Shown one piece after another: positions 38,259 to 47,879 of a DNA stretch of 53,183 bases. The stretch comes from Bacteroidales bacterium UBA1800 (lineage in GTDB: Bacteria > Bacteroidota > Bacteroidia > Bacteroidales > VadinHA17), in the NCBI GenBank assembly GCA_002319915.1, contig DCFQ01000085.1:13877-67059 (forward strand), written 5' to 3'. The stretch's first letter is position 1; each line of letters begins with the position of its first letter. Below the pieces are notes generated by a model, which ran no database searches, had not been told where the DNA came from, and saw only the letters and a list, made by a program, of their open reading frames with translations. The position numbers and the translations under genes are program-made.

Positions 38259-39302
38259 TCATTCAGCCTGTTTCCTGAGCAACTCAAGCTGCCTTTCAAG
38301 CTCGCGGAGCTTCCTGCTCATCTCCGGCAGCTGCTTGAACACAATGCTCGAACGGGCAAAATCCCTGTGATCGATTGCCGGGTATCCGAGCAACACGGAA
38401 TTCTCCTGCTTCACATCACTATGAATGCCTGACTGTGCTCCGATCTTTACCCCGTCGGCGATCTTCAGATGACCTGCAATCCCGACCTGCCCGGCAAACA
38501 TGCAGTTCTTTCCCACCTTGGTGGAACCGGCGATCCCTGTCTGTCCTGCCATAACGGTGTTTTCACCGATCTCGACATTGTGGGCGATCTGGATCAGGTT
38601 ATCGAGCTTAACGCCTTTCCGGATGATGGTCGATCCCATTGTTGCGCGATCGATGGCGACATTTGCCCCGATCTCGACATTGTCCTCAAGAACGACATTT
38701 CCCAGCTGCGGTATCTTCATGAACTCGCTCTCCGACTGGGGAGCAAACCCGAAGCCGTCGCTCCCGATCACCGAACCTGCATGGATCACACAGTTATTTC
38801 CGATAATGCAATCATGATATATCTTGACACCCGGATTAATAGTACAATTCTTCCCGACCTTTGCATTGTCGCCAATGAAAACATGCGGATAAACCAAAGA
38901 TCCCTCTCCCACCGAAGAGTTTTCCCCGATATATGCATAAGGACCAATATAAATATCCGCCCCGACCGAAGCCGATTTTTCGATCACGGCCGTCGGATGG
39001 ATCCCCTTCTTCCTGGGCCTCGCCTGGTCAACCAGCCTCAGGAGCGAGGCAAAGGCTTCATAAGCATCCTCAACCCTGATCATTGTGGCTTCCACCCTGG
39101 CCGAAGGGACAAAGCTCTTGTTAACCAGCACTATCGACGATCCTGTTGTATAAAGGAATTGTTCATACTTAGGGTTTGCGAGGAAAGAGAGCGCACCCGG
39201 ATGCCCCTCTTCGATTTTGGCAATCGTATTTACCGTTGTTCCTGGATCCCCCTCAATTTCGCCCTGAAGAAACCGGGCAATCGTTGCTGCATCAAATTCC
39301 AT
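38259..39302 (-). CDS. lpxD: UDP-3-O-acylglucosamine N-acyltransferase
   Basis: [41 protein letters not shown]. Confidence 0.97.
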   Translation of the reverse strand: MEFDAATIARFLQGEIEGDPGTTVNTIAKIEEGHPGALSFLANPKYEQFLYTTGSSIVLVNKSFVPSARVEATMIRVEDAYEAFASLLRLVDQARPRKKGIHPTAVIEKSASVGADIYIGPYAYIGENSSVGEGSLVYPHVFIGDNAKVGKNCTINPGVKIYHDCIIGNNCVIHAGSVIGSDGFGFAPQSESEFMKIPQLGNVVLEDNVEIGANVAIDRATMGSTIIRKGVKLDNLIQIAHNVEIGENTVMAGQTGIAGSTKVGKNCMFAGQVGIAGHLKIADGVKIGAQSGIHSDVKQENSVLLGYPAIDHRDFARSSIVFKQLPEMSRKLRELERQLELLRKQAE

Positions 39303-39317
39303 GGTTGTTTCTGTAAT

Positions 39318-40574
39318 TTAAATTCTGCACTCTTTCGGATAACAAAGGAAATATCTCGTGATTCTTTCTGAGAACAATTTGTGGTCAAAGATATCCGATA
39401 CTGTTGAAATTCCCGCCGTTGTTCCATCCTTGAGCAGTATCATTACCTCCGGTTCACCGGGAGCATAGGTCAGGTTCGAGATCGCTTCGGTGTAAACATA
39501 AAACCCGGTCAATTCTTTATTTATCCCTAAGCGGCCCGCAGTCAGGTCCTTCAACTGCTGCACCCTGGCAATGGGGAAAGGCTTGTCCTGGAGTTCGATA
39601 GCAAGCAGGTCGCGCATCATCAGCCTACGGGAAAGATCTCTCAACACAGGGTCGTTTTGATCGGCCCAGTACTTTATAGATGTAAGGATATCCGAGTCGT
39701 CGAGGCGGGTAAAATTAAAGGATACGTGAGAGGGAGTGAAGAGACCCGAATCCCCAAGGTCAGCCTGGCCTATATTATTATAAAGGAAAAACCTCAGCGC
39801 CGGCGTCGCAAACAGGTCCTCTCCCCTGCCTGCCAGCTCTTTGGCACGCCTCAGGACATTCACGAGCAGGCTTTCTGATGAAAGCACAGTTTTGTGCATG
39901 TATACCTGCCAGTACATCAGCCTCCTGGCTATAAGAAATTTCTCGATCGAATAGATCCCCTTCTCATCCACCACGAGCCTGTCGCTGACAACATTAAGCA
40001 TCCGGATTATTCTGTCGGAACCAACCGCTCCTTCGATCACCCCAGTGAAGAATGAATCCCTCCTGAGGAAGTCGAGACGGTCCATATCTATCTGGCCTGC
40101 CACCAGTTCGTGAAAGAATTTCCGCTTGTATGTACCCCTGAAGATCTCAATCGCCAGGTCAAGCTTCCCTCCGAATGCCTCATTCAGCTTTTCCATCAGA
40201 AGGAGCGAGATATCCTCATGAGTGATCCCGCTTATAAGGGAATGCTCGAGTGCATGGGAAAAAGGCCCGTGACCTATATCATGGAGAAGGATGGCAACCA
40301 GCAGCGCTTCTTCCTCTTCAGGACTGATTATAATGTCCTTGTTCCTGAGAGTTTTTATGGCGCTGTCGGTCAGGTAGAGGGCGCCGAGGCAATGCTGGAA
40401 CCTGCTGTGATTCGCACCCGGGTATACAAAGCTCGTGAGGCCCAGCTGCTTTATGTTCCTCAGTCGCTGGAACCATGGATGCGCTACAATGTCGTAGATC
40501 AGGTCAAATGGCAGGTCGATAAATCCGTAGACCGGATCATTTATGATCTTGTGCTTATTTGTCTTATAAACCAC
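39318..40574 (-). CDS. HD-domain phosphohydrolase (dNTPase-like)
   Basis: DPVYG, FQRLR.IKQLG, HSRFQH, LLHDIGHGPFSH, DMDRLDFLRRD, QVYMHK. Confidence 0.92.
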   Translation of the reverse strand: MVYKTNKHKIINDPVYGFIDLPFDLIYDIVAHPWFQRLRNIKQLGLTSFVYPGANHSRFQHCLGALYLTDSAIKTLRNKDIIISPEEEEALLVAILLHDIGHGPFSHALEHSLISGITHEDISLLLMEKLNEAFGGKLDLAIEIFRGTYKRKFFHELVAGQIDMDRLDFLRRDSFFTGVIEGAVGSDRIIRMLNVVSDRLVVDEKGIYSIEKFLIARRLMYWQVYMHKTVLSSESLLVNVLRRAKELAGRGEDLFATPALRFFLYNNIGQADLGDSGLFTPSHVSFNFTRLDDSDILTSIKYWADQNDPVLRDLSRRLMMRDLLAIELQDKPFPIARVQQLKDLTAGRLGINKELTGFYVYTEAISNLTYAPGEPEVMILLKDGTTAGISTVSDIFDHKLFSERITRYFLCYPKECRI

Positions 40575-40593
40575 GAGCGTAATACCTTGAGTA

Positions 40594-40601
40594 CAAAAGT
40601 A
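40594..40601 (-). promoter_or_regulatory. -7 promoter element for the HD-lpxD-lpxC-lpxA operon
   Basis: Minus-strand TACTTTTG about 20 nt upstream of the GTG start. Confidence 0.5.
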
Positions 40602-40885
40602 TGAATTTGTTTCTCATGACAGCATCCGGAAAGATAACTATGTCGCAAAGATCATGCCGTGGCGGGATAACGCTTATGAACCATAGGAGGTTGTTCCGTT
40701 CGATTCTTTATGCTAACTTGTACGAAAATAATTTGTAACCTGGCCCACCCTCCTGCTGTCTAAACAGCTGAAGCGGAATAAAATAATTTAAAACATGTTT
40801 TATAACATATTTTCTGGTGGTAACATTTGACTTTTTTACCGTCTTTTATTAGGAAAAAATTCACCGGACACAGACCTGACCAGCA

Positions 40886-41779
40886 ATGAAAATTGAGATT
40901 CTCGGGCTTAACAAGATATATCCCAATGGCAACCACGCCTTGAAGGATATCAACCTGGAATTCGGGACAGGGATGTTCGGTCTTCTCGGGCCCAACGGTG
41001 CAGGGAAATCGAGTCTCATGAGGATCATGGTCACGTTGATGAAGCCTACTTCGGGAACGATCCTGGTCGATGGAAAAGACATTCAGAAGAACAGGAAGGA
41101 GCTGAGGCAGATGCTGGGTTATCTCCCACAGGATTTCAGGTTTTTTACTGCACTGAAAACCTGGGAGTTCCTCGATTATTCAGGTGCTCTTGCCGGAATG
41201 AAGAACCGGAAGCTGAGGGTCTCAGAAGTCGACAGGCTTCTCGACCAGGTTGGGCTTCTTGAGGTCCGCGACAGGATGGCGAACAAGCTTTCGGGCGGGA
41301 TGAAGCGTAGGCTTGGCATCGCCCAGGCGCTCATTGGGAATCCGAGGATCATCGTGGTGGATGAGCCTACCACCGGGCTCGATCCCGATGAAAGGATCAG
41401 GTTCAGGAATATACTCTCCCAGCTGACCCAGAATGATGTCACGATCATACTCTCCACACACATTGTCGGCGACATATCTTCGACGTGCCAGGGTATGGCG
41501 CTTCTGAACAGGGGTGAAGTCGTATTTTCGGGCTCCCCGGAGAATCTCGTCCGGAATGCCGGGGGGCACGTATTCAGGCTAAATCTGTCAACAGAACAAT
41601 ATGAATCGGTCAAGGAGCGGTACAACATAATTTCCACGATCCCTGTCGACAATGGCTGGGAGGTGCAGGTTGTATCGGACGATCCTCCCGGGTTCAATGC
41701 AATACCGGTAATTCCCAATATCGAGGATGCATACGTATATTTTATGGAACATAAGATCAAAGCAACCATCATTGATTAG
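40886..41779 (+). CDS. ABC transporter ATP-binding protein (exporter type)
   Basis: GPNGAGKS, GYLPQDF, LSGGMKRR, VDEPTTGLDP, LSTH. Confidence 0.96.
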   Translation: MKIEILGLNKIYPNGNHALKDINLEFGTGMFGLLGPNGAGKSSLMRIMVTLMKPTSGTILVDGKDIQKNRKELRQMLGYLPQDFRFFTALKTWEFLDYSGALAGMKNRKLRVSEVDRLLDQVGLLEVRDRMANKLSGGMKRRLGIAQALIGNPRIIVVDEPTTGLDPDERIRFRNILSQLTQNDVTIILSTHIVGDISSTCQGMALLNRGEVVFSGSPENLVRNAGGHVFRLNLSTEQYESVKERYNIISTIPVDNGWEVQVVSDDPPGFNAIPVIPNIEDAYVYFMEHKIKATIID

Positions 41780-41792
41780 CTGTGTACGAAGT

Positions 41793-44700
41793 ATGTCTTT
41801 TCTGCATAACATAAGGACTGTTGCACAGTACGAATCCAGGACCCTGAGAAGAAGCTGGTTCTTCCGGCTTTTTTCAGTGGGAGGGCTGGTAATTATGACC
41901 TTTATGAACATAGGCCTCTTCTCACCGGTGGGAGGAGATTCATGGGGTCTTCAGGCCATTTCGTCTTCGGTTCCCTATGTCAACCTTTACCTTCTGAATA
42001 TAGGCCAGGCCATCGTAGTCATTTTCCTTGCCGCCGATTTCCTCCGCCGCGATAAAAAGCTCGACACGAGCGAGGTCCTTTACACCCGTTCCATGTCGAA
42101 CCTGGAATATATCCTCGGCAAGACATGGGGAATAATCCGTCTCTTCCTTTTCCTTGATGCAATTATCCTCAGCATAGGGCTGCTGATGAATATAATATCG
42201 ACCGACATGTCGGTCGACCTGTTGTCGTACCTGCAGTACCTTCTCATTATATGTGTCCCGACGATCGTCTTCAGCCTGGGAGTGGCATTCGTGCTGATGC
42301 AGGTAATAAGGAACCAGGCGGTAACCTTCATGGTGCTTCTCGGCTATGCGGCCCTCGATATGTTCTACCTGTATTACAGGGCTGGCTGGATCTTCGACTA
42401 CATGGCGTTCAACCTTCCGCTCGTGAAGTCGGGCATAGCCGGGTTCGGCAATTCCGGATTAATAGCAAACCAGAGGCTGCTTTACCTTTTTTCCGGGTTC
42501 GCCCTCGTAATGGTCACTGCCCTCTTGTTCAAGCGCCTTCCCCAATCAAAACTTCAAAGAGTAGTCACCACTATTCTGCTCATCCTGTGTTCGATCGGGG
42601 CTATATTTGCAGGGTTTGGCACCTGGAACACGCACAGTGCAAGGATCCGCGACAAAAAGCAGGTGATCGAAACGAACAGGGCCTTTGAAAACAGGAAATT
42701 CCCCGTGATCGAAACGGCATCGATCGACCTGGTCCATAAAGGAAAGACCATTGAGGCTTCAGCATCCCTCACGATCGCCAATGAGAACAGGGAGGACCTA
42801 GAAACTTACCTGTTCTCGCTGAACCCTTCTCTCAGGGTTACGGGAATTGAATCCGGGAACAGGGCGCTCGAATTCAAAAGAACTGGGCATATCATTGAGG
42901 CATTACCGGGAAAGAGGCTTGCCCATGGAGAAAAGGACAGCCTGAAAATAAGCTATACCGGCGCGGTTAATGAAGAATTCTGCTATCCTGATTACAGCGA
43001 GAGTTCAAAGTCCAATCCGTACATGATTGCGATGCTGGTGATAAATAAAAGGCAGGCTTTCCTGACTGATGATTTTGTCCTGCTCACACCTGAATCCCAC
43101 TGGTATCCTGTGGCAGGTCTGAATTATTATCCCTCCGACCCGGCAAGGATAAAAGTTGATTTCACAAGGTATAAGCTTCGTGTCAAAAGCAGGGACGGGC
43201 TTACTGCGGTTTCACAGGGCAGGGTAAAAAAAGATGAAGGCCATTTTTCATTTGCTCCGGAAGAACCCCTTACCGGGCTAACGCTTGCAATCGGAAACTA
43301 CATGATCGATTCACTTAAAGCAGGCTCTGTTGAGTACCTGAGCTACCATTTCCCGGGGAATGACTATTACAGGAAGAGCCTGTCGGCGCTGAAGGACACC
43401 CTTCCCCAGCTGATATCGGGGATAATGAGGGATCTGGAAACCGATTTCTCCGCAAGGTATCCCTTTTCCACCCTCAGCCTGGTAGAGGTGCCGGTGCAGT
43501 TCTATTCCTTTCCAAGGATGAGCACTCAAACCCGTGCAGAGGTCCAGCCTGCTATGGTACTGCTTCCCGAAAAGCTGTCGACCCTCGAGGGGGCCGGTTT
43601 CGGCAAACGTATAACGAGGCAGAAGAAAAGAATGGTCAGGAACAACGAGGTCCTCACCGATAAAGAGATACAGCTGAGGGTTTTCCAAAATTTTGTCCAG
43701 AATACCTTCATTACCGGCGAACAATTCAGGTACAGGAACGGTGTCGCCTGGAATGAACCGGTGAGGTACCGGCTCGGGTCGAGCTTCTACTTCTTCAAGA
43801 ACAACTTCTGGTCCGACGAGTTCCCGGTGATAAACGCGGTGTTTGAGACTCATCTTCAGAAGGCTAAGGCACCGGAGCAATCGGGCTTTTTCGGATTCTC
43901 ATCCTCGCTGACGGAGAACGACCAGGCAAACCTTTACCTAAAGAAGGCATCCTTCAGGGATGTACTTGCCTCAAACCCGTTGGGCGATACGCTCAGGCAG
44001 GTACTTACCGTGAAAGGGGATTACCTTTTCAATCTCTTCAGGGAGAAGGCCGGGATCGATAAGTTCGACATATGGTTCCGGGATTATATGAACGGAAACC
44101 GGTTCCGAAGCATCAACATTGCCGATCTGAACGACACAATCTCAAGAAAATTCGGTTTTGAATTCTACCCGTTCCTCGAAGACTGGTTCAACAGGAAGGA
44201 CCAGCCCGGATTCAGCTTTTCGAGGCTGACCGCCTCCGAGATAATCGTGGCCGACCGGACCAGGTACCAAATCACATTCGTCGCCTCCAACGCTGAAGCT
44301 GTATCCGGGCTCTTCAATATATCGGTCAGGACTGGCGCCGATGCAGGAGGCAGGGATAATGCCTCCATTAATTTTGGAGGGGAACGCGTTACCATTTCAG
44401 TGCAGGGAAGGGGAATGGAAGCATCGGACATTTCGAAGATAGTGATGCTTGCCCCGCATGAGACGAAGAGGATAGGATTGGTAACGGATGCCCAGCCAAG
44501 GGAAATCAGGATCAACACGTTATTCTCAATGAACCTGCCCGGGGTGATTGCACTTCCGGTCAGCAACATATCGAAAAAGAGGGAAAACCAGGCAGAATTT
44601 GACGGTGAAGAGCTCCTTGCCTCTCCCCCGGGTCCTGCCAACAGTCACGAGATCATCGTGGATAACGAGGATCCGGGATTCAGCAGGGGCGAACAGCAGG

Positions 44701-45203
44701 CAGTAATTCCGCTTAAGCGGCTGCTTGGGATCAATTATAACGGAAGGCAGGAGTACCAGGAGATCAGGATGTGGAACCTCCCCGATTACTGGCAGCCGGT
44801 CGTGAAAGCAGAGTATTTCGGGAAATATATCCTTTCAGCAGTCTATACTACCGGAGGAAAGGGTGACAAGAGCATTTCATGGACCACTCCGGTTCCATCA
44901 CCCGGGTATTACAATATTTATTGCTATGTCGGGAAGCCCGCCGACCAGGTCAGGATAGGCAGCAACGAAGGGGATCAGGATGAAGAGAACAGGGGACACA
45001 GCCCCAGCCAGGATATGCACTATAAGGTTTACAGCGATGAAGGGGTGGAGGAGATCACTGTCGACTATGACAACGCCGAGAACGGGTGGAACCTTCTTGG
45101 GAAGTATCGTCTCACGTCAGATTCTGCACGGGTGGTGCTGACAAACCAGTCAACGGGCAGGGTAGTCGTCGGTGATGCTATAAGGTGGGTGAAGGCGGAT
45201 TAA
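41793..45203 (+). CDS. ABC-2-type permease fused to an M1-aminopeptidase-like ectodomain and a golvesin/xanthan-lyase-like C-terminal domain
   Basis: N-terminal TM bundle (RDKKLDTSEV..TRSMSN.EY.LGK), then FSLNPSL, YTGAVNE, WYP, EVPVQF; C-term IIVDNEDPGF...GWNLLG.Y...VVGDAIRWVK; ATG 41793. Confidence 0.75.
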   Translation: MSFLHNIRTVAQYESRTLRRSWFFRLFSVGGLVIMTFMNIGLFSPVGGDSWGLQAISSSVPYVNLYLLNIGQAIVVIFLAADFLRRDKKLDTSEVLYTRSMSNLEYILGKTWGIIRLFLFLDAIILSIGLLMNIISTDMSVDLLSYLQYLLIICVPTIVFSLGVAFVLMQVIRNQAVTFMVLLGYAALDMFYLYYRAGWIFDYMAFNLPLVKSGIAGFGNSGLIANQRLLYLFSGFALVMVTALLFKRLPQSKLQRVVTTILLILCSIGAIFAGFGTWNTHSARIRDKKQVIETNRAFENRKFPVIETASIDLVHKGKTIEASASLTIANENREDLETYLFSLNPSLRVTGIESGNRALEFKRTGHIIEALPGKRLAHGEKDSLKISYTGAVNEEFCYPDYSESSKSNPYMIAMLVINKRQAFLTDDFVLLTPESHWYPVAGLNYYPSDPARIKVDFTRYKLRVKSRDGLTAVSQGRVKKDEGHFSFAPEEPLTGLTLAIGNYMIDSLKAGSVEYLSYHFPGNDYYRKSLSALKDTLPQLISGIMRDLETDFSARYPFSTLSLVEVPVQFYSFPRMSTQTRAEVQPAMVLLPEKLSTLEGAGFGKRITRQKKRMVRNNEVLTDKEIQLRVFQNFVQNTFITGEQFRYRNGVAWNEPVRYRLGSSFYFFKNNFWSDEFPVINAVFETHLQKAKAPEQSGFFGFSSSLTENDQANLYLKKASFRDVLASNPLGDTLRQVLTVKGDYLFNLFREKAGIDKFDIWFRDYMNGNRFRSINIADLNDTISRKFGFEFYPFLEDWFNRKDQPGFSFSRLTASEIIVADRTRYQITFVASNAEAVSGLFNISVRTGADAGGRDNASINFGGERVTISVQGRGMEASDISKIVMLAPHETKRIGLVTDAQPREIRINTLFSMNLPGVIALPVSNISKKRENQAEFDGEELLASPPGPANSHEIIVDNEDPGFSRGEQQAVIPLKRLLGINYNGRQEYQEIRMWNLPDYWQPVVKAEYFGKYILSAVYTTGGKGDKSISWTTPVPSPGYYNIYCYVGKPADQVRIGSNEGDQDEENRGHSPSQDMHYKVYSDEGVEEITVDYDNAENGWNLLGKYRLTSDSARVVLTNQSTGRVVVGDAIRWVKAD

Positions 45204-45235
45204 AACCAAAGGCGCAAGGTGGGTTTGTATGATTG

Positions 45236-45308
45236 TCCCGACGCGTTGGTCGGGATCTGCGCTTAGCTCCGACACTATTGCATGAGTGCATGATTGCACG
45301 ATTGCACG
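45236..45308. repeat. TCCCGA..TCGGGA hairpin plus four 8-mer tandem repeats
   Basis: TCCCGAC-gcgttg-GTCGGGA (45236-45255); ATTGCATG AGTGCATG ATTGCACG ATTGCACG (45277-45308). Confidence 0.75.
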
Positions 45309-45331
45309 ACATATAACTTAACAGACCGGAT

Positions 45332-46804
45332 ATGAGAAATCAGAGATTTAAAACAGGGACCATATTAATGTTCATCATAATCTCCCTTTCAGCGTATTCC
45401 CAGCAGGGACTGACACTCGAACAGGCGCTGAGCATCGCCGAGACGAACAGCCCGAACATGAAACGAACGAAGCTTGCCCTGGTCAGAAGCCAGGAGAACC
45501 TGAACGCCCAGACTGCCGCCCTGAAATCGAACTTCTCGTTTTCTGTCAACCCGCTGGAATATAGCCAGGACAGGACCTTCAACGATCTTATCTCAAAATG
45601 GAATTCAACGAAAACCACGCAGAGCTACGGCCTTTTCACGGTATCACAGCCGGTTATCTGGACCGACGCGAGGATCTCGCTCGAAAACCGGTTCGGCTAT
45701 ACCGACTCCTACTCGGAATTCTCCGGCTCCACAACTAAAGGTTTCAGCAACAACCTTTCACTCAGCATCGACCAGCCCCTCTTCACATATAACAGGTCAA
45801 AGCTTGCCCTGAAAGAGCTTCAGCTGGCTCTTGAGAACTCGAGGCTCGATTATGCCATTCAGCTGCTTGCCCTCGAAAAGAACGTCGCACAGGCCTTCTA
45901 CTATGTTTACCAGCAGCAGCAAAGTCTTGAAATTGCCAGGCAGGCTTATGATAACATGCAGAAGAGCTACCAGGTGATCAGGAATAAGGTGGATGCCGGG
46001 ATCTCAGCCAGGGAGGAGATGTTCCAGGCCGAACTGAACCTATCCACAACTAAATCGGATTTTGAGAACAAGCAGGTTTCACTCGAGAATGCCAAGGACG
46101 ATTTCAAGCTGCTTGTCGGCATCAGCCTGTACGACGACATAATAGTTCTCCCGAATATCGCCGTGGATACGGTGAAGGTGGATATCGGTTTCGCCATCGA
46201 CCAGGGGCTGGCGAACAGGATGGAACTGAGACAAAGGGCTATCTCGGTCGAGAACTCCCAGTTCGACCTGATCCAGACAAAAGCGATCAACGAATTTAAG
46301 GGGAACCTTGGGCTGTCGATCGGGCTCTTCGGCGACAACCAGAAGTTCGGGGATGTCTATTCCAGTCCGACTGACAATGAAGCCGTTTCAGTCTCCCTGA
46401 CAATTCCGGTCTGGGACTGGGGCGAGAAGAAATCCAGGATCAAGGCTGCACAGGCAAGCATCGAATCCGAAAAAATATCCCTCCAGGATGAACAGAACAA
46501 TATTGTGATCGAGATCCGAAAGGTCTACAGGAACCTTATCAACCTCAGGAACCAGATCGGGATTGCCCGGCAGTCGGTAACCAACGCCCAGCTGACATAT
46601 GACCTCAACCTTGAAAAATACAAGAATGGCGACCTCACCGGGATGGACCTAAATATCTACCAGAACCAGCTGTCGGAAAAGCAGCTCTCCTATACCAATG
46701 CCTTGATATCATACAAGCTTGAGCTTCTGAATCTTAAGATCCAGACGCTCTACGATTTTGAAAAGCACGAACCTGTTTCTCCCGTAACCGAAGTGAAAAA
46801 ATAA
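45332..46804 (+). CDS. TolC-family outer membrane factor
   Basis: Signal peptide, LTLEQALSIA, IDQPLFTYN, LTIPVWDWG, YKNGDLT; precedes MFP and RND genes. Confidence 0.92.
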   Translation: MRNQRFKTGTILMFIIISLSAYSQQGLTLEQALSIAETNSPNMKRTKLALVRSQENLNAQTAALKSNFSFSVNPLEYSQDRTFNDLISKWNSTKTTQSYGLFTVSQPVIWTDARISLENRFGYTDSYSEFSGSTTKGFSNNLSLSIDQPLFTYNRSKLALKELQLALENSRLDYAIQLLALEKNVAQAFYYVYQQQQSLEIARQAYDNMQKSYQVIRNKVDAGISAREEMFQAELNLSTTKSDFENKQVSLENAKDDFKLLVGISLYDDIIVLPNIAVDTVKVDIGFAIDQGLANRMELRQRAISVENSQFDLIQTKAINEFKGNLGLSIGLFGDNQKFGDVYSSPTDNEAVSVSLTIPVWDWGEKKSRIKAAQASIESEKISLQDEQNNIVIEIRKVYRNLINLRNQIGIARQSVTNAQLTYDLNLEKYKNGDLTGMDLNIYQNQLSEKQLSYTNALISYKLELLNLKIQTLYDFEKHEPVSPVTEVKK

Positions 46805-46812
46805 CAGAAAAT

Positions 46813-47874
46813 ATGTCACCAATGAAAAGTCTCTTTTTAATATCTGCTGCAGCTTTCCTGTTAACGGCAGGATGCAGGAACAATGATCAGAACCTGAAGG
46901 CTGACGTTGAAATCCCTGTCACTGTCGAGGATATCCGGCTCAGGCCTATCGATGAGTTTATCAATACCACCGGAACGGTGATCCCTAAAGGAGATATCGA
47001 GATCAAATCCCGGATCACAGCTTCCTACTTTCTTGAAAACAACCCACGCACGGGAAGGCCCTGGCAGATGGGCGACCGGATACAGGCCGGTGAGCTGATT
47101 GTCCGGCTCGAAGACAGGGAATATGTCAATTCGGTCAAGCTGGAGACCAATGAGCTCAACCTTGAACTCTCTGAAAGCGAGCTGAAGAAGCAGGAATCGC
47201 TCTATGAGAAAGGCGGGGTGACACAGAAGGAGCTTAAGACCGCGAGCATCAACTATGAGAATGCAAAGACCAACGTTGAGACCGCAAGGCTCCAGATGGA
47301 AAAGACGAAGGTTACGGCCCCGATCACCGGCGTCATTGTCGACCTTCCCTATCATACCCAGGGCACGCAGGTCGAGACCGGCCTGACAATTGCCAAGATC
47401 ATGGATTACAAGGTTATGTACATGGATGTGCAGCTGCCTGAGAAGTACATAAACATCATTAAGCCGGGCCAGAGCGTCTTCATCACAAACTACACCCTGC
47501 CTAACGATACTATCGAGGGCACCATCACCCAGCTTTCCCCGGCAATCAATGCCGACACAAGGACCTTCAAGGGGAATGTCTCGATTAATAATGAGAGCGC
47601 CCTGTTAAGACCCGGAATGTTCGTGAAGGCTGACATCATTACAAGCCACAAGGATTCGACAATAGTGATCCCGAAAAATATAATCCTATCGCGCCAGAAG
47701 GGAAAGACCGTATTCGTCGTGGACCGTGGCGTTGCTGCTGAACGGGTGATAACAACCGGGCTTGAGAACATAAATGATATCGAGGTTGTGAGTGGGCTGG
47801 CAAAGGAGGAGAGGCTCGTAACCGCAGGATTCGAGACGCTCAGCAACAGGTCGAAGGTTAAAATCATCAAGTAG
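46813..47874 (+). CDS. RND periplasmic adaptor (MFP), lipoprotein
   Basis: Lipobox LTAGC, alpha-hairpin, APITGV, LRPGMFV, VVSGL. Confidence 0.93.
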   Translation: MSPMKSLFLISAAAFLLTAGCRNNDQNLKADVEIPVTVEDIRLRPIDEFINTTGTVIPKGDIEIKSRITASYFLENNPRTGRPWQMGDRIQAGELIVRLEDREYVNSVKLETNELNLELSESELKKQESLYEKGGVTQKELKTASINYENAKTNVETARLQMEKTKVTAPITGVIVDLPYHTQGTQVETGLTIAKIMDYKVMYMDVQLPEKYINIIKPGQSVFITNYTLPNDTIEGTITQLSPAINADTRTFKGNVSINNESALLRPGMFVKADIITSHKDSTIVIPKNIILSRQKGKTVFVVDRGVAAERVITTGLENINDIEVVSGLAKEERLVTAGFETLSNRSKVKIIK

Positions 47875-47879
47875 TCAAA

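Noticed and set aside
38469-39371. 300-aa plus-strand ORF
   Set aside because: Antisense to lpxD and has no recognisable motifs
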